Below, piece after piece: positions 9,687 to 18,452 of a stretch of 64,000 bases of DNA. Both the position numbers and the translations under genes were made by a program. This DNA is from Dehalococcoidia bacterium (lineage in GTDB: Bacteria > Chloroflexota > Dehalococcoidia > Lucifugimonadales > JAGWBF01). Numbering within the stretch: the stretch's first letter is position 1; the number at the start of each line of letters is the position of its first letter. The notes beneath the pieces are model-generated. The model saw only the letters and a list, made by a program, of their open reading frames with translations. It ran no database searches and was not told the origin of the DNA. The stretch covers positions 31,400 through 95,399 of the forward strand of contig CBDDDW010000019.1 of assembly GCA_965226805.1 (NCBI GenBank), given 5' to 3'.

Positions 9687-10892
9687 CTAGCTTGAGGCGG
9701 CGGGGCCGGGGTGGAAGGCGGTAAGCCGCTCGTGGCCCTCGGCTGTGACGAGCAGCGTCTCTTTGGACCAGAACCCGCCGACCCGCTCCTCCCAAACGTA
9801 GGGCTGGAGCACAAGCACCATGCCGGGCTCCAGCAACCACTCGCTCTCGGGTTCGCCAGCCGAATCCGCGCCGAGGATGGGCGGCTCGTAGCCGACCCCC
9901 GTGCCATGGACTACGGGCACCGTAGGAAGTGGGTAGAAGGACTCGTAGGCCCTCCGCAGGGTAGCCACGCTGAGGCCTGGCCGGCACCGGTCGGCCATCG
10001 ATTCGTACACCCGGGCCCAGCGTTCGTAGAGGGCTTTCTGCCGTGACGTCGCCCTGGCCCGCTCGCCGCAGATCCACGTCCTGCCCACGTCGGATTCATA
10101 GCCGCGGAAGAACGCGCCCCCGCTCAGCGTCACCAGCTCGCCCAGGAGGACCGGCCGGTCGCTCGTTATCTGGCGAACGGGCGGTCCGTTGATGGAGGCG
10201 CCATCGGGATCGTCCCTGACTTTCGGCTGGACGCAGAACCCTCCCTGGAAAGCAGGATTTGCAGCCCCGTATTCGGCGGCCTTTCCAAGGAACACGCCCA
10301 GCAACTCCCGCTCGGTGACGCCGGGTCGCAAAGCCGATACCACTTCGGCCAGAGCTGATTCCGAGATGGCGATCGATGTCCTTATGAAGTCGATTTCATC
10401 GCGGGTCTTTACGGACCGGGCCTCCCGCATGGCAGGCTCTCCATTCACCAGGGTGGCGCCGGGGAAAGCCTCTCCCAGCAATCGAAAGAATATTGGGGAC
10501 AGCCGGTCCACACCCACGCGGCCAGTACCGAAGGAGCCCAGGACCTTCTTGACCGTGCCTACGAGGTTGCTCGGGTCGTAGCTAGGCGGGTGGAGGTGGT
10601 CCCTGGGCACCGATTCAGGCACCCCCTCATCATCGGGCGCTGTAAAGTGGAACTCCCGCTGCGCCTTGAGGACTATCACTGTGGGGGCATAGCCCGGGGC
10701 GAAGGTCCTGGGGGCGGAGACCTTACCTTGAGCGCCGGTGACGTACCTGCCGTTGGCCCCTGTGGCCAGCAGAAGCACGTCCAGGTCGTGCCTCTCCATG
10801 GCATCCAGGACCCGCTGGAACCGCTCCCTGTGCATGCGGGCGATGTCGATACGCCCGCCCGGCTCCACGGCCATAGCACCAGTCGAGGTCAA
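9687..10892 (-). CDS. M24 (Xaa-Pro peptidase/creatinase fold) protein with degenerate metal site
   Basis: AR.VKT.DEI, GYESDVGRT, HGTG; several canonical acidic ligands replaced (SGG, LQPY, SKET). Confidence 0.85.
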   Translation of the reverse strand: MTSTGAMAVEPGGRIDIARMHRERFQRVLDAMERHDLDVLLLATGANGRYVTGAQGKVSAPRTFAPGYAPTVIVLKAQREFHFTAPDDEGVPESVPRDHLHPPSYDPSNLVGTVKKVLGSFGTGRVGVDRLSPIFFRLLGEAFPGATLVNGEPAMREARSVKTRDEIDFIRTSIAISESALAEVVSALRPGVTERELLGVFLGKAAEYGAANPAFQGGFCVQPKVRDDPDGASINGPPVRQITSDRPVLLGELVTLSGGAFFRGYESDVGRTWICGERARATSRQKALYERWARVYESMADRCRPGLSVATLRRAYESFYPLPTVPVVHGTGVGYEPPILGADSAGEPESEWLLEPGMVLVLQPYVWEERVGGFWSKETLLVTAEGHERLTAFHPGPAASS

Positions 10893-10894
10893 GG

Positions 10895-12130
10895 TCAGTC
10901 CTCCCAGGGGGTGTATGGAAAATTGGTGATCACCTCAGGCTCACCCTCGGTGACGACGACAATATCCTCGGACCGGTAGCAGGATACACCCTCCTCATAG
11001 ATAACCGGCTCCACAAGGACCACCATGCCTTCCTGTATCTGAATGCTCTCGTCGAACTCTGGGCCCAGATCGGTCCCGATAAAGGGCATTTCAGCCGGGA
11101 GTACCCCTATGCCGTGGATGAGCCATAGGTGGTTCAGCCAGGGCTTCCGCGCACTGCCCGCGGCCTGGAGCGCCGCGCGAGTTAGGTCGCCGCCCGTCTT
11201 GCCGGGCCGGCATTGCTCCAGTGTGGCCAGGTAGACCTCCCTCCACCTCTTGTACATCTCGGTGGTCTCCCTGGCAGAGGGCACACCCATGGAGGTGATC
11301 CAGGTCCGGCCGAAATCCGAATGGTACCCCATGTACTCGATCCCCGTGTCCACCAGAAGGAGGTCCCCATCCCGCATTATCCGGTCCGTCGCATACAGGG
11401 GGAAGGCAAGGTCGTTTAGGAAGGAAAGGGGGCCATCCTTGAGCCATTTGGGGACGACGGTCCAGATGGGATCGACGTGGTTTCCCGTGGCGCCCAGCTC
11501 CATCACCCGCTTCAACAGAACGGCGCTCAGGTCAGTCTGACGCATTCCGGGGCGGAGAGCCGACATCACGTCGTACATGGCGAGGTCGTTGATCGCCTCT
11601 GCCGTTCTGATGCACTCTATCTCGTCCCTGGTCTTGAGGAGCCTGGCCGCGGCCACGCACGGGCCGGCATCCACGAGCGTCGCCTGAGGCAGGACCTCCG
11701 GGAGCAGAACATGCATGGCGCCCGTAGAGTCCTCTGTGCCAACCTTGCCGTTCAACCTCCGCCCGAGGACTGCACCCAGGACGCTCCCCATCCGTCTGAC
11801 CCCTTCCTCGGACCCGATGGACAGCGGGCCATGTGTGTTCTCCTCAGGAAAGTCCGGCGGCACTCCGTCTGGGTAGGGGGTAAAGAGGTGGGGAGTGCTC
11901 CCGTCCCGCGGAACAGCCGCGGCTATGGGGTGCAGAGCCGCGCGGGAGAGGTCGGTTACCATGGTCCGTGCGCCAGTGGCGTAGTAGACGTTGTGGTCGC
12001 TGGTAAGGAGGAGAAGGTCGATGTCGCTCTTCTCCATGGACTCGATCAGCTTCCGGTGGCGCTCCGCCCTCATACGCCGGAAGTCGATGCGCTCTATCTC
12101 GAACGCCGATGGGGAAGCGCCTGCGGTCAT
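10895..12130 (-). CDS. M24 (Xaa-Pro peptidase) family protein
   Basis: ARLLKT.DEI, DTG....GY.SDFGRT, HGIG, VEP, RSED: full metal ligand set. Confidence 0.9.
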   Translation of the reverse strand: MTAGASPSAFEIERIDFRRMRAERHRKLIESMEKSDIDLLLLTSDHNVYYATGARTMVTDLSRAALHPIAAAVPRDGSTPHLFTPYPDGVPPDFPEENTHGPLSIGSEEGVRRMGSVLGAVLGRRLNGKVGTEDSTGAMHVLLPEVLPQATLVDAGPCVAAARLLKTRDEIECIRTAEAINDLAMYDVMSALRPGMRQTDLSAVLLKRVMELGATGNHVDPIWTVVPKWLKDGPLSFLNDLAFPLYATDRIMRDGDLLLVDTGIEYMGYHSDFGRTWITSMGVPSARETTEMYKRWREVYLATLEQCRPGKTGGDLTRAALQAAGSARKPWLNHLWLIHGIGVLPAEMPFIGTDLGPEFDESIQIQEGMVVLVEPVIYEEGVSCYRSEDIVVVTEGEPEVITNFPYTPWED

Positions 12131-12342
12131 ACCTCGCTCCGACCGACCCTGGGCGCTTCGCGTGTGACTCGCCCGCTGGCCCTTCTCATCTCACCCCGCC
12201 GTTATTTATAAGATGCGGTTCCCAGAGCCCTAACCCCATGCAGGGTGCCTCTACAGATATGGCCACCAGGAAGAGCCGGGCTTGGGGCCACAATACAGCA
12301 GGCCCTATAGCGTGTCAATGAACAAAGGCCGGCTCACGCGCT

Positions 12343-12363
12343 CGTGGTGAGCTTGTCGAACCA
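12343..12363. repeat. REP-like class B half element
   Basis: CGTGGTGAGCTTGTCGAACCA, reverse complement of the motif at 7311. Confidence 0.7.
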
Positions 12364-12797
12364 TCCACAGCATGTACCACTGCTGCAAGGCCATGGTGCC
12401 GGGCATGGTGGAGCAGGGATGGGGCCGGGTGGTAAATATAACTGGCCACGCCTACCTTACCCTCACAGGCGCGGGTGTCCACGTCAAGGCCGGAAAGGCG
12501 GCCGCGGTGGGGTTCACGCGGGGGCTGGCGGGAGAGATGGCACTTTACAACATCACCGTGAATCACGTAGCCCCCGGCCTGATAGACACTCCTCCTCGGC
12601 TGAACAAATACTACCGGGATGACAAGCCCTCGGACCAGAGGCCCTGGGGTCCTGAAGAGAGAGTAGAGGCGGTCCCGCTGAAGCGCACCGGAAGCCCGGA
12701 AGAGCTGGCGGCCCTGGTGGCCTTCCTGTGCTCCGATGAAGCGGCCTACCTGACCGGCCAGACGTATCTCGTAAACGGGGGCCTCGCCGCCGTCTAG
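12364..12797 (+). pseudogene. Short-chain dehydrogenase/reductase (FabG-like), N-terminal half missing
   Basis: GWGRVVNI, FTRGLA.E.....ITVN.VAPGLIDT, AAYLTGQ...VNGG; no GxxxGxG Rossmann start. Confidence 0.75.
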
Positions 12798-12809
12798 CAG
12801 TTAGCAGCC

Positions 12810-14228
12810 CTAGAGGTCTGGGCTCCGTGTGTGCCATTCGGTGTGGGACTCGAAGTTGTACGCTACCCGAAGCACTGTGTCCTCATCGAAGGGCCTGCCC
12901 GCGATCTGGAGGCCGATGGGCATGCCAGACTGAGTGAACCCGTAGGGAATCGCGATGGCGGGCATGGAGGCGAGACTATATGGAGTCGTGAATGAGCGAT
13001 CTCCAAACTGACGTGCGATCACCTCCTCTTTGCTGCGGAAGACGACGGCCTCATCCGCGATTTTGGGGGCGGGCCCATTGGACATAGGCGAGATTAGCAC
13101 ATCGAACCTTCCCAGGGCGGACATCATCTGCTCCCGCATGATGCCACGGGCCTGCTGTGCCCTGTTGTAGATACCAGCCGACACTAGGGACGCCGACATC
13201 AGCCGGGCCCTCGTGGCGCTGTCATACTCTCGGGGCCTGGCTCTGATACGGTCGAAATGAACGTGGGCCCCGTCGGTGTCACAGATGGCGACGAAGAAGG
13301 GCGCGGACAAGGGGATCAGGGGAATGGAAACCTCCTCGACGGAGGCGCCCAACTCCTCCAGCACCTCTATGCCTGCCCCGAACGCCTGACGAACATCTGC
13401 ATCCGCCGATTCGGGAGGCTTAAGCTCTTTTATGACGCCCACCCGTGTCCCTCGGATATCCTTCTTCAGCCTATCGGTGTAGTCCGGCACGGGTAGGCGG
13501 CTGGACATTGCGTCACGGGGGTCGTGTCCGGAGATGGTCTGTAGGACCAAAGCGCAGTCTTCGACACTCCTAGCCATGGGAGACACTGTGTCCATGGACC
13601 AGCACACAGGAACGACACCGTGGCGGCTCACCCTGCCGTACGTGGGTCGGATGGCCACAATCCCACAAGCCGCCGCCGGGATTCTCCCAGACCCCCCGGT
13701 GTCCTCTCCTAGCGCAGCCGCGCACATGCCCGCGGCGACGGCGACTCCCGACCCGCTGCTGGAGTGGCCGGGAATCCTATCCAGGTCCCAGGGGTTCCGC
13801 GGGTTCCCGTAGGGATGCTCCCGGGTGCCCCCGAAGGCGAACTCGGCCATGTTCTGCTTCCCCAACAGGATGGCCCCCGCTTCAAAGAGGCGGCTCACTA
13901 CCGTAGCGTCCTCATCGGGGACCAGGTCGGCGTAGAGCTTGGAACCGGCGGTGGTGCGAAGACCTTTGGTAAAGAACTGGTCTTTCAGGCCGACCGGTAT
14001 CCCGTGCAGTGGCCCGCGGTACTCACCCCTCGTGATCTCCTCCTCTGCCCGCCGCGCCGAGGCCAGGGCACTTTCACCGCAAACCGTGATATAGGCATTC
14101 AGCCGGCCGTTCAGCCTCTCTATCCGGTCAAGGTAGGCCTGTGTAAGCTCGACCGGTGAGACCTCTTTTGACTTTATCAGCGGGGACACCGCTGCTATTG
14201 TGCTCAGGGCCAGTTCCCGGACGTTCAT
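12810..14228 (-). CDS. Amidase signature family protein (GatA/AtzE-like)
   Basis: GPLHGIPVGLKD, PGHSSSGS, DTGGSGRIPAA.CG motifs. Confidence 0.95.
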   Translation of the reverse strand: MNVRELALSTIAAVSPLIKSKEVSPVELTQAYLDRIERLNGRLNAYITVCGESALASARRAEEEITRGEYRGPLHGIPVGLKDQFFTKGLRTTAGSKLYADLVPDEDATVVSRLFEAGAILLGKQNMAEFAFGGTREHPYGNPRNPWDLDRIPGHSSSGSGVAVAAGMCAAALGEDTGGSGRIPAAACGIVAIRPTYGRVSRHGVVPVCWSMDTVSPMARSVEDCALVLQTISGHDPRDAMSSRLPVPDYTDRLKKDIRGTRVGVIKELKPPESADADVRQAFGAGIEVLEELGASVEEVSIPLIPLSAPFFVAICDTDGAHVHFDRIRARPREYDSATRARLMSASLVSAGIYNRAQQARGIMREQMMSALGRFDVLISPMSNGPAPKIADEAVVFRSKEEVIARQFGDRSFTTPYSLASMPAIAIPYGFTQSGMPIGLQIAGRPFDEDTVLRVAYNFESHTEWHTRSPDL

Positions 14229-14446
14229 TTCGCCGGACCTCCCTCATAGGGGAAAAGGGGTATTGGCTCGTGCCCGGTAAGGTCGGTCTCCCGCAGTCTG
14301 TTGAGCTCATGCAGGAGCGCCGTATACCGGTAGGTCACTTCGCTCAGGTCCTCATCCGGAATTTCAAGTCCAAGTCCGTGGGCGAGCCTCCGTACGCTAT
14401 CTTCTGAGAGGTCGGATGGCAACTCCGCTGGGAAAATGTCTGTCAT
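14225..14446 (-). CDS. Small GatC/AtzG-like amidase partner
   Basis: 73 aa, LA..LGLEIP.EDL..V......L..L.....EP pattern; ATGA overlap with the amidase. Confidence 0.65.
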   Translation of the reverse strand: MTDIFPAELPSDLSEDSVRRLAHGLGLEIPDEDLSEVTYRYTALLHELNRLRETDLTGHEPIPLFPYEGGPAK

Positions 14447-14511
14447 AGCAATGCCTCCGTGGTCAAGATTAATTCAGGGACCGAATCTCTGGCCCTCTAA
14501 TCAGATCGGGG

Positions 14512-15411
14512 TTAGGCCTTACCGGGTGGGTAGTGCTCGCGCCACCAATCGGCGATGTCCTTTCGACGGGCGAACCAGACATTGGGATGGCTCTGGGCGT
14601 ACTTGAAAAAACGCTCCACCGCCATGGAACGGGGAGGCCGGCCGGCGATACGGCAGTGGAGCCCTACCGTCATCATCTTGGGGACATCCTTCCCCTCCTC
14701 GTAGAGGCAGTCGAAGGAGTCTTTCATGTAGTTGAAGAAGTCCTCAGTGCTCGAGAGACCCCCGCGCCAGAATCTGGCATCGTTGACCTCGATGCTGTAG
14801 GGGACCACCAGCCAGGGCCGTCCGTGGACCGTGGTATAGTAGGGGAGGTCGTCGGCGACCGAGTTGCTGTCGTAGGTGAAGCCCCCGATCTCGGCCAACA
14901 AATCCCTGGTGTTCACGCTCACCCCGTACCGGGTGAACCAGCTCACCGACCGCTCCCCCGTAATCGCTTCCAACGAGTCCGTGGCCTTTATAATCGCCGC
15001 CCGCTCCTCCTCTTTTTCGAAGCCGTAGTACTCCTCCCATCGGTAGCCGTGGCCGCACACTTCATGGCCGCGCCGGACGATCTCCTTCCCCACTGCGGGA
15101 TTGCGTTCGATGGCGAGGGCACAGGAGAAGAAGGTGGACTTTATGCCGTACTTATCCAGAAGCCGGAACAGGCGCCACACACCCACCCGGCTCCCGTACT
15201 CGAACATGGACTCGTTGAGCAGGTCCCTGGCGTCCATCGGCATCGGCGAAGCCACCTCTCCGTTCGTCTCACGGTGGGAGTCTCCGTCCAGCAGGGAATA
15301 CTCGGAACCCTCCTCATAATTCACGACTACCGATACCGCGATCCGGGCGTCATCGGGCCAGCGTACCTTGGGCAACTCCGCTCCATATCCAATCAGGTCC
15401 CGCTCTATCAT
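14512..15411 (-). CDS. PuuE-like allantoinase / polysaccharide deacetylase family
   Basis: RDLIGYG...P.V.WP..ARIAVS.VVNYEEG, ESMFEYGSRVGVWR, HGYRW, GLHCRIAGRP. Confidence 0.9.
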   Translation of the reverse strand: MIERDLIGYGAELPKVRWPDDARIAVSVVVNYEEGSEYSLLDGDSHRETNGEVASPMPMDARDLLNESMFEYGSRVGVWRLFRLLDKYGIKSTFFSCALAIERNPAVGKEIVRRGHEVCGHGYRWEEYYGFEKEEERAAIIKATDSLEAITGERSVSWFTRYGVSVNTRDLLAEIGGFTYDSNSVADDLPYYTTVHGRPWLVVPYSIEVNDARFWRGGLSSTEDFFNYMKDSFDCLYEEGKDVPKMMTVGLHCRIAGRPPRSMAVERFFKYAQSHPNVWFARRKDIADWWREHYPPGKA

Positions 15412-15564
15412 TTCCCCATCTCCTGATAATCGGTCATACTGGTTGCCGCCAGCAACGCCGGGATAAAAAACCGGGGTGAGGGCACTCTCGTAGCAATGAA
15501 CGTACGGCTTCAGGGAGCCGTGTATCAATTTCCGATAACATTATAGCCTCTGCGTCAAACTTCG

Positions 15565-15593
15565 TTGACGCTCTCGGAGGCCCTTGCTATAAT
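15565..15593 (+). promoter_or_regulatory. Sigma70-type promoter for MmgE/PrpD gene
   Basis: TTGACG-17 bp-TATAAT; -35 lies in palindrome CGTCAA-N6-TTGACG (15553-15570). Confidence 0.7.
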
Positions 15594-15754
15594 GCAGCCC
15601 GCCGATCTTGTCCGTGCGCACCTTTGCTTTGCTTCGCTTCCCATGTTGAAACCCACCTCCTTCACACTTTGGCCGATACTTATCCAGGTGTCGGTCTGCC
15701 TGGCCGGCTGGACTGCCCCGCCTATTAGAGGCGCTGCCGAAAAGTGGCTTCCAG

Positions 15755-17134
15755 ATGGCTGAGCGGCAGCGGGACTTCATCCACGACTTGGTCCGCCACG
15801 TCGTCTCCACCCCCTACGAGAGCCTCTCTCCCAAGGCTATTCAGGCCACGAAGACCTACGTTCTGGACAGCCTCGGCGTGGCCGCAGTCGGGACGTTGGC
15901 GCCGGGAGTCAAGGAGATGCTCAGTATCCTCAGGGGATGGGGTGGCAACGAGAAGAGCACAGCCCTCGTCCTGGGTGGCATGCTCCCACCCCCGTCCGCC
16001 GCGATGCTGAACAGCTTCCTCATGCACAACCAGGAGTTCGACTGCATCCACGATCGGGCCGTTCTGCACCCATTCACCGTCGTGCTTCCCGTATCTCTCT
16101 CAGTGGCCGAGGCGAAGGGGAACGTGACCGGGCGAGAGCTGCTTACCGCCGTCTGCCTGGGTGTGGACGTCGCATGCTATCTCGGTCTGGCCTCTCGCTC
16201 TGCCATGACCCATTTCCGCCCCGGCACAGCCGGCGCCTTCGGCGCTGTTGCCGCCGCTGGGAAGATTCTCGGTTTCGATGAGACCACCCTCGCCAACGCC
16301 ATGGGGATAGTGTATAGCCAGATTAGTGGCACATTGCAGCCCCATCACGAGGGGGTCACAGTCAACTCCATGCAGACGGCGTTCAACGCCAGGGCCGCCG
16401 TTACCGCCGTATCCCTCGCGGCAGAGGGCATAGATGGGCCGACGGAGGTGCTGGAAGGACGCTACGGCTACCTGAGGCTCTTCGAGGGCGAATACAGCCT
16501 TGACGTTGTCTCGGGGGACCTGGGCCGGGTCTGGCAGGTGGAGCAGGTGGGCCACAAACCCTACCCTTGTGGCCGGCTCACCCAGGGCACTGTCGAGGCC
16601 GCGCTGGCTCTACGGGAAAGTCACGGGATCGATCCCAAAGACGTAGCCGAATGCGAGGCTACCGTTCCGCCCCTGGTCCACCGCCTGGTGGGCCGGCCCC
16701 TGGACCGCAGCTCTCCAACCCCCCAGTACGCCAAGCTTTCCATACCCTTCGTCGTGGCGACCGCCCTGGTCCGGGGCAGCGTGTTCGTTACGGACTTTCA
16801 AGGGGATGCGCTACGCGACCCAAAGGTGCATGAGCTGGCCCGCAAGGTAGCTGTGGTGCGCGCCCCAGACATCGATGACGAGAACGTCATGTATCCGGCC
16901 CGGCTTCGGATCAGTACGGGAAGTGGAGCAGTCCACGGGGCAACCGTAGAGCGGGCGCTGGGCCATCCGGACAATCCCCTGAGCAGGGAGCAGCATCTGG
17001 CGAAATTTCACCGATGCTGGGACACGGGGGCCTCACACCTTCCCGCAGCCAACAGCCGGCTCTTGATCGACCTGGTGGACCGCCTGGAGGACGTCCGAGC
17101 CGTACAGGAGGTCGTGCAGTTGCTCCGGCCCTGA
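15755..17134 (+). CDS. MmgE/PrpD family protein
   Basis: LDSLGV, H.QEFD.IH....HP, KPYPCG, KLSIPF..A, GHPDNPLS...KF. Confidence 0.9.
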   Translation: MAERQRDFIHDLVRHVVSTPYESLSPKAIQATKTYVLDSLGVAAVGTLAPGVKEMLSILRGWGGNEKSTALVLGGMLPPPSAAMLNSFLMHNQEFDCIHDRAVLHPFTVVLPVSLSVAEAKGNVTGRELLTAVCLGVDVACYLGLASRSAMTHFRPGTAGAFGAVAAAGKILGFDETTLANAMGIVYSQISGTLQPHHEGVTVNSMQTAFNARAAVTAVSLAAEGIDGPTEVLEGRYGYLRLFEGEYSLDVVSGDLGRVWQVEQVGHKPYPCGRLTQGTVEAALALRESHGIDPKDVAECEATVPPLVHRLVGRPLDRSSPTPQYAKLSIPFVVATALVRGSVFVTDFQGDALRDPKVHELARKVAVVRAPDIDDENVMYPARLRISTGSGAVHGATVERALGHPDNPLSREQHLAKFHRCWDTGASHLPAANSRLLIDLVDRLEDVRAVQEVVQLLRP

Positions 17135-17143
17135 CCACCCGTT

Positions 17144-17851
17144 TTAGGGTTGCGGGTCGAGCTTCTCCTCCAGGACCCGAGCGAACTCAGGTCCCTTGCC
17201 CGACTCCTCGTGCTTGAAGTAGACGAACACGTCCCCCCAGTCCCCGGCGTGCTGAGTAATTATCCCCGCCCATCTCTCGATATCCGAGTCCTCGTATCCC
17301 TCGTCGCGCAAACGGAAATAGCCGTAGTCGGCCGTTGATACGACGGGGGTCGTCATCTTCTCCGAGTCGGCGATGCAGAGGGCCAGGTTCCTGGCCTTTA
17401 GCTGGGCGAAGACATCGTCTGAGTGCCAGGAGGTGTCGCGGAACTCAAAGGCAGCACGGGCTCCCGGCGGCATCACCGCGAGGAACTCCTCCAACAGTGC
17501 CGTGTCCTTTTTCAGCGAAGGAGGGAGCTGAAACAGCAGGACGCCAAGCTTGGGGCCCAGGGTCTTCGCCCTCTCCCAAAAGGTCTCAAGCAGGGCCTCG
17601 CACTGCCGGAGACGAGCGTCATGGGTGATTCGCCGGGACACCTTCAGCGTGAAGATGAAGTCCTCGGGGGTGGCCCCCGACCAGTCCGCCAGCACCTTCT
17701 CACTGGGTATCCGGTAGAAGGTGTAGTTGATCTCCACCGTCGAGAGCCTTTCTGCATAGTACGGGAGCATCTTGGAGGTTGGGAAGCCCGGAGGATAGAA
17801 GCTCCCCCTCCATTCGGGATAGTTGTAGCCTGACGTTCCGATGCGTATCAT
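17144..17851 (-). CDS. DUF72 domain protein
   Basis: IRIGTSG..Y..W.G.FYP, TVEINYTFY, LFQLPPS, AFEFR..SW, YFRL. Confidence 0.92.
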   Translation of the reverse strand: MIRIGTSGYNYPEWRGSFYPPGFPTSKMLPYYAERLSTVEINYTFYRIPSEKVLADWSGATPEDFIFTLKVSRRITHDARLRQCEALLETFWERAKTLGPKLGVLLFQLPPSLKKDTALLEEFLAVMPPGARAAFEFRDTSWHSDDVFAQLKARNLALCIADSEKMTTPVVSTADYGYFRLRDEGYEDSDIERWAGIITQHAGDWGDVFVYFKHEESGKGPEFARVLEEKLDPQP

Positions 17852-17854
17852 GTC

Positions 17855-18130
17855 CTATCGCCTCATGTATTCTCCTAGTCGATTCAGATGCGAGTCTGTA
17901 TCACCCAGGCTCGACTCCGCTATTTTAGACCGCATGGTGTACACGTGCATATCGTGTTCCATGGTAAAGGTTATCCCGGCGAAAATGGTGTGCCTCCGCC
18001 GCCGTACTCCTGGGGTCACCCTATAGCCAGCCAATGTCTGGCCGCCAACTTCCGGGCAATGGAGCGCCCGAACCGGTGCTGTTCTTCGCTGGTGATCCTC
18101 TGTGTGCGCTGTGCCTCAAGCTCCTGAGCC
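17855..18130 (-). pseudogene. Acyl-CoA dehydrogenase deletion scar (N-terminal and C-terminal fragments joined)
   Basis: RSIARKLAARHWLAIG*PQEYGGGG immediately followed by HTIFAGITFTMEHDMHVYTMRSKIAESSLGDTDSHL. Confidence 0.65.
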
Positions 18131-18452
18131 GGGCATCTCGCGCGGCCCGCCTACGGCCGCCACCTCGGAATGAGGCGATTATAGGTACCCGCCGGACCAC
18201 GGTCAACGCCACCGCCGCCGCCAGGATCCGTGAAAGTCGGGAATCTCCCGAGCCTGTACGCGGTATTGCGGATTCAGGATATGATCATGGAGATTCCCTA
18301 CCATGCGGTCAAGTCGCCCTAGCCAGGGAGATCTGTCCTGTTGACAGTGCACTGGGGCGGGGGATAGGATAAGCGGCGAGAGCCAAAGATAGACCGAGTT
18401 TAGATATACGGTAAGCGCATCTGGCCGGATGCCCTCGTCGATATGCTCTGCC

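Noticed and set aside
12810-14446. gatCA of the tRNA amidotransferase
   Set aside because: No gatB, catabolic context and variant signature (PGHSSSGS); treated as a paralogous amidase.
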